A program made the position numbers and the translations under genes. The notes under the pieces are model-generated. The model did not search any database, had not been told where the DNA came from, and worked only from the letters and a program-made list of their open reading frames with translations. From Octopus sinensis (lineage: Eukaryota), in assembly GCF_006345805.1 (NCBI RefSeq), contig NC_043004.1:62000001-62064000 (forward strand): DNA of 64,000 bases. The letters are read 5' to 3'. Every line of letters starts with the position of its first letter. The stretch's first letter is position 1. Shown one piece after another: positions 26,701 to 40,160 of the stretch.

Positions 26701-27522
26701 GTAGATTTTAATTGTCCTGTTACCATTGCTCGTGATTCATATTCTCTGGACAGTATTGACAACACGGTCAAGTTTATTATTATTACGCTTCAGTCTAACA
26801 CCAGTTCACCGAGGTAACTCTAGTTGTGTTCAGATTATCTCTCCCATGAAGAAGAGTTTTAGAAAAAGTCACTTGATCTTCCTCTATGTCCATATCACTT
26901 ACAATAACTTTATCTCAATTTTGTGTGAGGGACATCACAGGAAATAATTTGAAGATGGATAGTTTCGTGATCTCACTTGCTTGAGATGTACCGTAAATGC
27001 TAAGGTACATCTTATTCTACAATGCAATATGGTCTTCCGAGTCTTTGTCATTTGAATCCATATCATGTCTCCGAAAAGAAAAGATAATTAATACATGCAG
27101 GTGTCCGTATTGATGTTTCTATGACTTTATGATTGTTTGAGTGTAGTTAGTACAGAAATTGTTTATGAGCTCTTTTAATTCTTCCGTGTTATTGAAATCG
27201 CCCCACTAACTGTAGTAACTGTCTTTGTGCACCGATTACCGTTGAGCTGACAATGTTGGTATTCGTTTTAACACTGTTCCCACCGTGTACTTCATGAAAA
27301 CTCCATGAAAGCGTTTAACACGTTTAATCAATTATCAGGCACAGGATTCATTGAGTACTCTTTTGAATTAATGGGTAAAACTTAAGCTACTTCATGGATC
27401 GGATAGAATCTGTTTCTTAAATCTTTAAAGAAAAACTAGAAATTACGAGTCTGAATGAGGATAAGAGAGAATGATGAGAGTGTGGGAGTAAGAGAGAGTG
27501 AGAGAGATATAGCAAAAGAGAC

Positions 27523-27557
<35 letters not shown>

Positions 27558-27589
27558 GAGTAGTTTAATGTCAAAGGAAGTGCAATACT

Positions 27590-28250
27590 TCTATGCATGT
27601 TATACATTCAAATTCTCGTTGTGAGGAAGCACGCTGGCTTTGTTACTTGCAGTTCAGTCTAGAGTTATACCTGATATGCACAATATATTATCAGTTGCGT
27701 CCATTTGGAACGTTAGGTGTACTAAGCATGGACATATTGTACTAAGCATGGACATATACACTTTATGCTTTGAAATGACTCATTGTGATTCGAATGAAAT
27801 GAATATTACCATGCCTCACACCTATATCACATTGGTTTACACCGGCAATAAAAACACCGATATGGTGACTTGTACGCGATATTCTGTGAACAATATAAAG
27901 GCTGCACGTGGTGTATGCACATCATTAAATCCAAGTTCACCCACACTGTCATTATCTTTGCTTGTGTTTCCAGTGGGTGACGCCATGCTAGCCCACACCT
28001 TTGAATATGGCTTTACACTGAATTCAGACGGTTATGTCAATCTGCTGAAGACTGTGCCCAAATCCTGGATGGAGATGGTTGATAATGATAGTCCATGTGT
28101 GAGTGAGCACAGGATTTGACGCATTAGTATACCTCAATAAAGGATCAGAAATGGTTAGCATACAATCTCATCAAGTTAACCAGTCCTAATCTATGGTCAT
28201 GTAATCCCCATGATTGTAATCCCATAGGTTACTATGTGTTGAGAAAGTCA
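27590..28250 (+). mobile_element. Tc1/mariner (maT/DD37D-like) transposase relic
   Basis: [72 protein letters not shown], a decayed WPPNSPDCNP.DY motif. A related piece, MVFGVITS, is at ~49778-49801. Confidence 0.78.
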
Positions 28251-28307
28251 CAAAACGCCCTATCTGCAACGCAAAATCGGGACTCTCTCAGGGACATAAT
28301 GAAGGAA

Positions 28308-28414
<107 letters not shown>

Positions 28415-29653
28415 TGTGTGTATGTATGTATGTATGTGTGTGTGTGTATTAGACAGACATAGCAAAGTCTCAGAAAATAATCGTATGAAACATTTTATTT
28501 TCTCTAATACCAAACTTGTTTATTCTCTGTAAAGTTATGATATATTTACTTTGCAATTTCTGTTTTCAAATTTGGTGTCCTCTTTTCGACGCAAATCTAT
28601 GTATATTTGCTAAGTCGGTGTTTTAATGAATATGTACACATGGGATGTAAATGACATACGACAAAATTGTTTCAGTTACCGTCAACGAAATCTACTCACA
28701 AGGACTTGGTTGGCGCCTGGCAGTAGGACGGAAGCCGGAACCATCTGGTTGAAAAGCAACATTGTGATTACACAACAACCCCTGTACCTACACAACACAC
28801 ACACACACACACACATACACACACATACATGCACTCTCACACTCACACATATGACGTTACTGTACATCCATTTAATTATTCCATTCGATATTCAGTCCTA
28901 CGCTTCCAAACAATTAAAACAGTTCGCTACCATTCTTCCTTACCTAAGGTAAAATAACACTGCAAATATCAATGTTTGTTTCTATAAGGCCTCACAATCT
29001 TAAATTTACATTATACATAAAATAGTTGCGTATCATCATAGTTTTAATCCTTGCTACTTTAGATCTAATTTTCACAGAGTTTTGAAAATAAAAGCAAAAT
29101 TATATCTTAAAATATAAATTTTACAGAAATATTTATTCTTGTGTTGCGGATATAAATTTACCGCTACAATAGTTTGTTTCCTTTTCATTGACTAGAAGTG
29201 ATGTAAATATTTTTTCAAAGAAGAACTCTAACAGCCTTGTAATATATGTTTCGCTATAATCCTCGAGAATTTATAACTTACAGAGCTTCAACTACTTAAT
29301 ATCCAGTTTCCATGTAGCTTTCGTAATATTTTCAAGCAATAAATTTTCAAGTGTTCAGGCGACAATAATATGTTTATAGACTAGAACAAAAATACGCTAC
29401 AAATCACATAATCTAAAATAAAAAACAAAACATTTGAATAATTTTTTTCTCATATGCATATCCAAAAGACAGAATTTTACATATAACCACCGCCACTCTA
29501 TCACAGTATATATGAAGTTATATATATATATATATACATGAGCATGTGTGTATGTGTGTGTGAGTATTTGCGTATGTGCGTGTGTGTACATACATATATA
29601 CATACTAACAACGATAAATGTATGGATACATACATATACATATATATATACAT

Positions 29654-29731
<78 letters not shown>

Positions 29732-32700
29732 CATGATTCCGGGTTCAGTCACATTGCTTTGCAGCATGGGCAACTTTAACTCTGTCCACGATGGCGTCGC
29801 ACGCAACAAATTCCTTGCGAATGGACAGGATATGCGCAAATTGAGAAAGCAGCCCTGTATACACACGGACACACAGAGAGACACACAAAGGCACACATAC
29901 ACACATACGCACACACACACATATATGCACATTCCCCTCCCTTCCCTCTTGCTTTCTCACACACACACGGACATACACGTATGTATGTTGGTGTGTATGC
30001 TGTATTTATGTATATGTACATACATACATACATACATGTTTACAAGTCAAAGCATATAAAGAAAACTAACTACACACTTCAAGTTATCATGGTTACACCA
30101 ACGATTCAACCCCATAAAAAAAAAACTTTCGCTGCTCATATAACGTATGGCAGACCGAGCTTAACGAAATTTATTTTTGAATAGTCGGTAAAATTAAAGA
30201 TATTTTGTTACACATCAACTAAATTGGTACATCTAATTTCAGGGAATTGACCATCCATGACGTTAACAAAAAGAGGACTGTATAAAAGGAGGTTTTTAAG
30301 TAGTTATATTACATATTTTAACATGCATATGTTATTAGATAAAAAACAATATAAGAATTCAAAAGATGTTTGTATAACTCTAATTTATAAACGTCGAATG
30401 GCTATGGGGTCTTTCAGAATAGAATAAGAATCAAAGGGGTCCACAGGTGAAAAAATATTTGAGGATCACTGGTATAAATGAATGAAATAGGAAAGCGACA
30501 ACTGGTGAAATAAGGATCAAACAAAAAGCGTGTGTCAAAAAGTTTTAAAAGGTGAAATGATCTCACCTAAAATTTGCGGACATTCATTTCAATCATATTT
30601 TTTTAACCGCACCCAAAATATTTCCTACCTGAATGAAATGAAGTGGAAGCAAAACCTACCTAAATATATATGCACAATATTTCCCACATACTAAAAAAAT
30701 ACCAACGACATTCACAAAGTGTATGAGCTTATGCCTTACAATATACACACAGAGACAAGCATTAACATACAACAACCCACCAACACACACATGCCCACAC
30801 AGACAGACACACACACACATACACACACACACACACAAATATAAATATATTTTCACATACATCATACATACTTGCATCTATCAATATACCGTAGAAACAA
30901 CGTAATAGATCACAAAACGAGTCAACAAATAGAGAAATGAATATAACCTCCGAAAAATAACCCACGTGAAAGAAAGTGATTCTGAAAATCATTCTCAGGT
31001 GGGTGCTTTTGTAAGGCCTCCAAAGCAACATCGGTGAAGCAATATAAAACACACACCCATCCGATCAGGATATCTTCACTGCGTCCTTCTACTATACCAC
31101 AGTTTTATCGTTTCAGAATGTTAAATTTCGTAACATTAATTAGCCATTCACAAGTTATAGTTGTCAGAATTGAATTTGTGTATTGAAAATCTCTTTATTA
31201 TACGTAAAGTACTTCATCATACCATAATCCCCCTTAAGCTTTTCTATTTTAACTCCTTTGTTTTGTTGACCTGTCTGTTTTGTTGCTAAATAATTTTCTT
31301 GATAGATGCGACAAACGAATCAAAGTTGTCTACATGTTATCTCTACTCGAAAAGAACATTTAACCAATTTCAAGAAACTGGCTGTCTCCGAATCGCTGAT
31401 ATCCTTCGCAAAATGCTTAAGTATTGATTCCATTTTTATATTTTTGTTACCGACAGAGGTCTTTCGTGTGGATAAAGTCGAAAGGTCTGAAAGGGAAATT
31501 AAAATGTAGGCGTAGATACTGTAAACTTTACTTTGCTCGTCTACCATTTAAATCTCGCTAAATGATTCTGTTTGCTGGAGCAGGCGAAGTTTGAACAAAT
31601 ATCTTGTTAATTTTATGAGAATTGTAGGTTATTACTAACTTTTCTACTGTCTTGGAGATCTTGGTTTGAATATATTGCTAGTGTTAGAAATCAACGCAAA
31701 GAGAACCCTAATAATTATAAAATTTCTATCCAACGCTCTAACAAACTATGTATTTTACGAATCTCTACGACAGATGACGAAAATCCGAAATTACCTTCAT
31801 AATATCTAGTATAAGCATGCAGTCCATCACACTTCTGAATGTAGTTCAAATTCAGACAAGCTTTGTATTTTTCATTCTGTTTTGGAGCTAAAAATTATTG
31901 GAGACGATTGAATAATCATGACCCTCTTTCAAAGTTTTTCAGCTGCAATTTAGAGTCAAACATTATTATTCATTGATGGAAACTTTCATTACTTTCATAC
32001 ATTTATCGATACATTGTTGCATACACTTTCCTTCATTTTTTAAAAACAGATATGATGTAATTTAGAACAAACTGAACAGTGTAGAGTGACGTGTTTTATC
32101 ATACGTCTTTTGCTGTAAAGAATGTTCAGCTATAGATTTATGCAAAATACAACGTAAATATATTTCATCTTACTGTTTTGGTTTTCTTTAAATTCTTTTA
32201 TGACTGTCTGAGTTTCTTCACTGTCTTCAAGCTATTGTTGGAAATCATTTAGCTGGAAATTCCATTTTTTTCTTTTGGTTTGATATCTATATATTTCCAA
32301 CATTTGGTTGAAATTTTTGAAATATGAATCTCAATTCATTTTAAAGAATAGGAAAAAAATAAAAGAATTTCTAGTGTAAGATGCCAATAATAATTATGTG
32401 TCATACGTAGCTTTTGAAAGACTAGAATATTAGTTTACTTGCTACGTTTTCCTGTCATCACAAGTTAATCTATCGCATTTATACGGCTAGAGTGTCATTT
32501 TGTGTTGAAGATAGAACTTTAGAAATTCTCATAATATGATAATTTTTCACTATTTAATATTTTGGAAATGGACCTTCCGAAAAGTAGGAAATTATCGTTA
32601 ATATCTCAAAAACGACACGGCACAATAAATATTCATACTACCATATATTATATTGAAATATTTCGCAATGCATACATACATTGTTATAGATTTGATGAGT

Positions 32701-35144
32701 AATGGAATAACATATAATCAATGAACAAAGCTCGAAACCTTACTGAGCTACATGTGTTATCCTGTAACAATTGAGTAAAATGTCCCCAATTAATTGAAAT
32801 TATCTGACGTTTCTCACATTAAGATATCTATTAGAATCTACGAAGATTCACCTCTAATATATACAACGTAAACATTTTGATCATTATTACGTGACATATG
32901 TTCCTTTTGTTCAAAACCACGCAGAGAATATTTGGTGAACAGAAGTTGTGGAATCTAATCAAGATGTTGACCATTCCTGTTCTTTTATGGTAGAATTAAT
33001 CCTTCACAAAACCAGAACTTTGGGTAACTGAAATTTAAAATGTAGACTTGTATTTTCTGCAGGACATTCGTGCAGGTAGCAATGGATAATTTCCCGAAAA
33101 CATGTAAGCGGAATTATTAAATAAATGGTTCATTTGTGGTTCAGGGCAAACGTTGCACAAACAGTAGTGTCACCAGCCATGATTACATAATATGCAGAAG
33201 GTGGTGAAATCGCCTTGCGAACACTCTTACAGTGTACATTTATACTATAACATAATATACTATGAATACAACATAGTTAAATGTAATAAAAATACAAGAA
33301 GCCCTCAATTTGTTTCGACTAATATAGATTATTTGATTTATAAACACTTGACATCCATTTATATAAATCTTTTCAGAAAAGACAGACGAAATTCCGTGTG
33401 AAAGGACGGCTGGATTGTAAAACAAAATTAATTAAAATACATATGTTTAGGAATGTGAGCATTAAATTGTCAGCTACATTTCAATTACAATTAAAAAAGA
33501 ACAAAAATATAATGCACAACTTAATTTAGTGAATAGAATCTACAACTATCGAAATATATTTATGTATATCTCAAATGATATTAATCCAAAGTCGTTTAGG
33601 TCGAAGGCAATCTTTGTCTATTTTAATAAAATACAACAAGAATGTATAAGTATATAAAGTAAGTATCAACGTCTTAATCTAGTATGGTATTAAAACTTCT
33701 AAATAAATATAAAATATATGCATTATATTGATAATATATAACGACTCTTTACATTTATTTAATGTTATTGATATAAAATTTGTTTAAAGTTACTAACAAA
33801 ACATATTCTTTATTTACATAGTTTATGGGAGAGAGAATATCGTATTAAATATGAAGATAAACTTGATTTTGAGAACGTGGATTTTGAGAACGCTTGTTCC
33901 GCTTTCTGTCATTTCTGAGTTCTGTGTTCGGATTTCTGAAAATGTTTATCTGCTTTCTATCATTTCTGAGTTGTGTTTCGTGTAGTGTGCAACTACTCTA
34001 AGCATCCTGGTAGCTGTGTCACCCTTATTGCTGCTCTTGGTTATTATGAAATATCATTCCTTCCGCACCGAAAATTTCATATTACATATAATCTCACCTA
34101 CACCACTTAGTAATATTTTCTAGCACTTTCACTATCAGTAACCCTGAAACTCTAATTACCTTCCTTCTCTCTCTATTCAGTGTTACATATTGTTTTGGTA
34201 AACTCTTTTTAACATATAATTGCCGTATGTTCCCATTAACTTAACTTCCTCTCTAACTCAGACACGAGTGTAATAAAGCTATCAAAATAAATGTAATATG
34301 TAGGACGAAAAGCAACGTGATATAAATACATTGTGAACTAAAACATTGGCCAACGAATCTTATTGCCTCTTCTCCCCCCCCCAACCATTAACATACTCAC
34401 TAACCCCGCTGAAGCTGTAAATATTTGGAATGCCCTACCCACAGACTAACCTCATAATGAAATCGCAGTTTTGTTGCTTCTCTCATTACAAGTCTGTTTG
34501 CTATCAAGTTCGACTGCCCACTGTGATAAAGCACTACTTATATATTGTTGTGGGATATTATATATCACCTGATGGCAACATTTTATTCTATCTTATGAAG
34601 TAGTATACTCACTAACCTATTAAAGAAATCCGCTGGAAACGTGTAATGAATTGACGCGTATCCATCATTTCCCAATGCATTTATTTGTTCATTGTACTCC
34701 TCATTGAAATCACGACCTGTCTGATATTCTTGAGTATAACAAATAAGGTACGACTCACACAACGTTGGATTAGCACTAGGCTATTAAAATATACATAAGG
34801 GTTAAATTCTCTGTAGACATATGTACGTAGGTACCCGCGATATATATTCGATTAAAGGTGCTGTTTACAAGCTGATTTCGCCCCACCTAGTGCCTATCAT
34901 TTAAATATTTGATGTTTCTGAATCTTATATATATATGTATAATAGAAATACGTTACAAAAAGAAAATAGAAACTACACGTTGAAATATAAGGGGAAAGTA
35001 AGAAAAATCAACGAAAATGCACATTGTAAATTAAAAAATAAAAGGCTTTTTATGAAAGGTAACGACAGATATATACAATTAGATGAACTGAGGTAGTAAT
35101 AAAAGTAATAAAAGTCATTATTATGAGATTATGAAAAAGTTTCC

Positions 35145-35180
35145 AGCATACCGTGGTTTCGTCAGATACTATTCATTGCT
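35145..35180 (-). ncRNA. Minimal type-I hammerhead variant (A3-U8 core)
   Basis: RC: AGCA-ATGAATA-GT atctg AC-GAA-ACC ac GGT-A-TGCT. All three stems close and the site is GUA. Confidence 0.72.
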
Positions 35181-35342
35181 TTGAATGAACACCGGCTAAT
35201 GAACGGTGTCAGGTCTAATAGTTCCTGAGTAAAAAGATTATTTGTAAGGAGGTAAGTAGTTCTGGATTTTGTGCAGTTAGGTTAGATACAGAATTGTAAT
35301 GTGAATGGTGCAAGGGATGTATGGGGGTTAGTGGTATTAATT

Positions 35343-35574
35343 AAGGCGCCGAGCTGGCAGAAACGTTAACACGCCGGGCGAGATGCTTAGTGGTATTTCG
35401 TCTGCCGTTACGTTGTGAGTTCAAATTCCCCGAGGTCGACTTTGCCTTTCATCCTATCGAGGTCGATAAATTAAGTACCAGTTACGCACTGGGGTCGATG
35501 TAATCGACTTAATACGTATGTCTGTCCTTGTTTGTCCCCTCTATGTTTAGCCCCTCGTGGGTAATAAAGAAATA
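35343..35574 (+). mobile_element. tRNA-derived SINE, family A
   Basis: AAGGCGCCGAGCTGGCAGAAACG...GAGTTCAAATTCC. TSD GGTATTAATT at 35333-35342 and 35575-35584. Confidence 0.92.
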
Positions 35575-36927
35575 GGTATTAATTGAAGGGATAGTAGTGT
35601 TCTGTATTATGTTAAGTGTTCATATTTTTGTTGCGGAAGATGTTTACTGATGAAAATTACCTCTTTATTCAATCTTTGTTGCACTGAGGTGTTCTGTGAA
35701 CATTGATAGAAGTGGAAAATTTGGAAATTATGATTAAGATTCTTAGCACACCTTTCTATGTGTTCACTAACTTGTAACTGTCTGTACTGTGGGTAGCGAT
35801 ATTTGTTCTTTGTGGATAGTGGTTCTTCGACGGAGTGATATTCCTGTTTGTTCAATATAGTGGTTACCACATCCTAAGCATATCTCTTTTATGTACACTT
35901 TTTTATGTACATTCTTTTATGTACACTGATTTGTTCTGCTTTTTATATTTAACCCTACAGTCTCTTATGTGGTGTTTTAATAAAGTATGTGATTGAGTAT
36001 TATCTGGTAATTGATATTTGATTTAGATGTATTTCTCCATTTCCTATCTTGTATTAGTAATTTGTGGTAAATCATTTTACCTTTGCCCATATAATACAGT
36101 AAATTAATTGATTGCATCGCAATCATTAACATTTATGTATTAACTTTGTTGGGTATTTCACTAGCAGTATATTGGATATATGTTATCCCATGGAGGGTTG
36201 CATGTACAACCCCTATCTCAATTTGTATATATATATATATAAATATACATATATATATATGTGTGTGTGTTTGTGTATGTCTGTGTGTGTGCGTTTGTAT
36301 GTATATGTATATAAATATAAAGTTTTCTCCTCTCATTCTATATAATAATGTAGATTTTCGAAAATTTATTTTTTAGTTGTTTAATTAAGATATTTTGAAT
36401 ATTTCTAGTGGAAATGCTTTTAGTTAGTGTAAAATACATCATTGTGTTTAATATCAATTACAAATTAGGAATATTTTCATTAGACTGAATTATTATGTAT
36501 ATAAATACATTTATTGAAATTATTAATTGATGATAATAATAACATTAATGAAAATAATAAATGAAAAGTGTTATTTAACTTACTAACTAGACTTTGTAAC
36601 AACTACAATAATAATTTTAGTATTGTATAGTTTATATTTTGTATTCTTATTGCAACATTCTAATTTTGTTATTTACGAAAGAATAATAAAATTTAGATAT
36701 TTGCAATTTATAATCTTTACTGTTTTCTGTATTCCATAACATACGTATATAGGAACAGTTGGTTGTTAGTTACTGTGAATAATCCTTATTTAAATAACTT
36801 CAAATTTTGTTACTTCTGAAATACTAGTAATATTTTGATATCCATTATTATAGCTTAACTCTCTACATATTTTGGGTAATATACGTTGTAGTTATTATAG
36901 ATCTAAGTTTATCTTCATATTTAATAC

Positions 36928-37610
36928 GAGAATGGCGATTTGACGTCTATATCTAGCATGTTGACTGTCCACTTTTCGTGTTCAGTCCTTAATTGGTATA
37001 TATAAATATTTTAATCTTCGGATTCTTTCTTTAATATGCTAGACCACTGGTTCTAATTGATAAATATCAATGTTTACCCTAAATTTAATTTTATATAAAT
37101 ATTTGTTCTCTAACCGATAACTTAACTGCTGCTAACTATTAGCTGCAGGCTAGTTTTCTCGGGTCTCATCGTGCCAAAAGTAAAGACATTGAAATATATA
37201 TTTCAAATGTAATAGGCCGTACTCCATGCACGCGATATTTCGATATCGTGTTGGCATTTAGTACTGCAAATTATATTTTATATGGGACCATGCTGATGAT
37301 GGCTGCACTTTTCCTTGCGGAAAATAACAGCCGAAACTAAATTTAGTACATGGGTAAATATTTATTTCGTATATTTTTCACTTGTTTATTGCTTTGGTTT
37401 TGTGTTGAGTTTGATCTGAGAACATAGACTTTTTGTGGAGAATGGCGATTTGACGTCTATATCTAGCATGTTGACTGTCCACTTTTCGTATTCAGTCCTT
37501 AATTGGTATATATAAATATTTTAATCTTCGGATTCTTTCTTTAATATGCTAGACCACTGGTTCTAATTGATAAATATCAATTTTTACCCTAAATTTAATT
37601 TTATATAAAT
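36928..37610 (+). repeat. Near-identical 173-bp direct repeats (36928-37100, 37438-37610)
   Basis: Two mismatches seen by eye; offset 510 bp. Confidence 0.92.
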
Positions 37611-37819
37611 TTTTAATTTTCTCCTGGTTGTTTTTTAATTTTCTCCGGTTGTTTTGCAGTTGAAGCTTTGGCTGTTATTTCTAGTGGGTGAATGGCCTAT
37701 TATGGCCGTTCCTTGATTGTGATGTTGAATTTATAAATGGTCTATGACTATTTAATTTTTTCCCACTAGGCCGCTGGTGGCAAAAAAATTCTACGAAATT
37801 TTTTGCCACCCTATATTGA

Positions 37820-37876
<57 letters not shown>

Positions 37877-37899
37877 AATTTAATAAATAAAACATATGC

Positions 37900-37910
37900 A
37901 TGATTGATTG

Positions 37911-37944
<34 letters not shown>

Positions 37945-40160
37945 CTAGTTTTAGCTTATGAGCTGTGGCCATGCTGGGGCACCGCCATTTGGTGTTGCTA
38001 CTTGGTTTCACTTCACGAAAGCTTTCTAGCAACTGCCATTTGGTGCATGAGAGAGTTCGATGCAGCTGCCCTCATCTGCCCCTCCTGCCGTGAAGTTGGT
38101 TCATCTGGGACACCTGACAGGAAGAGATCCACCTTCATTTTAAAGACATCTGCATCCACCCCATGCAGGTCTCTCAGGTTCTTCGGGAGGATATTGAAGA
38201 GCTGTGGGCCTCGAAAGCCCAGGCTATCACAGAATCTTGTCCTACATCTTGATGGCAAGTTTGGAGTCCTAGGCACCACGCAGTGGCGCCCAGTTCTGGC
38301 ATTTGCGTAACTCTCGATGCCAAAGTTCAGGACACGTCCCTCCAGGATCTTCCAGATGTATATTATGGCATATCTTTCCCGCCTACGCTCCAGGGAATAT
38401 AGTTTTAATCTCTTGAGTCTTTCCCAGTAGCTTACATTCTGCATAGAGGCTATCTTCTTCGTGTAGCTACGTTGGATCGCCTCGAGCTCTGTGATCAACT
38501 TGACACTGGATGGTGACCATAACTGAGAGCAGTAGTCAAAGTGGCTTAGGACAAGTGTCCTCCAGAGGACCATCATGGTTTCTTGTTCTCTTGTTCTAAA
38601 GGTTCTGAGGATCCATCCGGCCAGTCGTCTACATTTCATTGCCAATTTAGCAACATGTACACGAAAGGTCGCGTCATCACTCATGTAAATACCTAGGTCA
38701 CGCGCTGATTGTGCCTCTGGGATTGCTATTCCTCCGTGTCCAGTGTATTCATTGGGTATTGCATTTAGTTTTGCATGCTGATAGTATGGAGCTTGAAACT
38801 TTTCAGCATTGAACTACATGCTATTCTTTTCGGCCCACTTGTATATTTTGTCTAGCTCACATTGCAGGTGTTTAGTGTCCTCAGGGTTCTGTATTGCCTG
38901 TGAAACTTTTGTATCATCTGCATAACTTGTGATCGTGGCTCTCTGCGTGGCTGAGGGCATGTCTGAGAGGGCCATTATGAACAGTAGTGGTCCCAGAACA
39001 GTGCCTTGCGGAACACCGCTCACTATTTGCGTGTTAATGGAAGTGGCCCCATTGGCCACTACCACCTGACTTCTATCTTTCAGAAAGTCATGAAGCCATT
39101 CTCCCAGTTTTCCAACTATGTTGAGATCACGCAGTTTGTGACATATCATTCCATGATCGACTTTATCAAAGGCCTTTGCAAAGTCGAGATATATCACTTC
39201 CACATTTGAGTGGTTGAGCAGCCGTTTCAGCACCCAGTCATAGTGTTGTAGGAGCTGAGTTAAACAGCTTCTCCCTGGTCGGAAACCATGTTGGGTGTCG
39301 GGCAGCAAGTCATTCTCTTCAAGGAAGGTGATCAGGTTCCTTCTGACTATTCGTTCCATGACCCTGCTGATGTGTGAGGTCAGAGAGATAGGTCTATAGC
39401 TCTTGGCTTCCGCTCTGCTACCTCCTTTATGAATGGGGCATATTTTACCTTCCTTCAGTTTTCTTGGGAGTTTGCCAGCTGCAAGGAAGCTCTGAAAGAG
39501 GAACTGCAGTGGTCTTGCTAGGACTCTCTTACATGCTTTTAGGAGGATTGCCGGGAATCCATCGGGGCCAGTAGCTGAGTCTGTTTTCATTTCATCTATA
39601 GCCTTGATTACATCGTCTTCCTTTATATCGATGTAATCTATCGTCGCCGCCTCTGATTTTATATCTGCAGTGGTAAAAAAGTCAGTTGGATTGGTGATTT
39701 GGAGATGCCCAAGGGGTGGAGTGAAAACATTCTTGAATTGCTCATTCAGTATTTCACTTAACCTCATTGGTTTTCCTGTAAGTGTGCCATCCTTTTCGAG
39801 GAGTGGCCCTATTCTACAGTGCACCGTAGCTGTTTCTTTGGCATACCTGTAGAAAGCTCTGGGGTTAGATTTTATGTTGTCTATAGCCCAGGCTTCTTTG
39901 TCTGCTCTTTCTTTTTCATGGGAGAGTTGCAGACATTTTTCGATTTCCAACAGTTTTATTTTTAGGCGGGACTTTTCACTGCTTTCAATGTTTGTTTAGG
40001 CGATTTGAAAATTTTGTACGCCGTCTCATTAAAATTTTCCTCTCTCTGGGGATGTTGTTCTTGTGTACAGTGGCCTTTCTCTCTGGGAAAAAATTTGTAG
40101 CATATGGCTTGCATTACAGACATGAATTGTTGAAGTTTCACGTCGATGTCTGGCGAGGAG
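37900..40160 (-). mobile_element. Young 5'-truncated CR1-group LINE (RT) with (AATC)n tail
   Basis: ORF 38814-39950 (GPDG, YRPISLTS, QHGFR, YLDFAKAFD, GVPQG, YADD) and ORF 38013-38684 are in the same frame, separated by one stop. There is a frameshift near 39955 and a (GATT)n tail at 37900-37944. Confidence 0.95.

Larger units (their letters stand above)
34935..35810 (-). mobile_element. PLE 3' fragment (GIY-YIG C-terminus + 3' end with HHR), interrupted by a SINE
   Basis: YPQYRQLQVSEHIERCAKNL..FQIFHFYQC..QRLNKEVIFISKHLP, homologous to ORF 3121-3528. Confidence 0.85.

Noticed and set aside
32718-32746. TCA-ATGAACA..GAAACCTTA-CTGA as an HHR variant
   Set aside because: Positions 3 and 8 are not complementary, there is no stem II, and no PLE context.
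36928-37610. LTR pair of a small LTR element (TRIM)
   Set aside because: No TG..CA ends, PBS, PPT or TSD seen.
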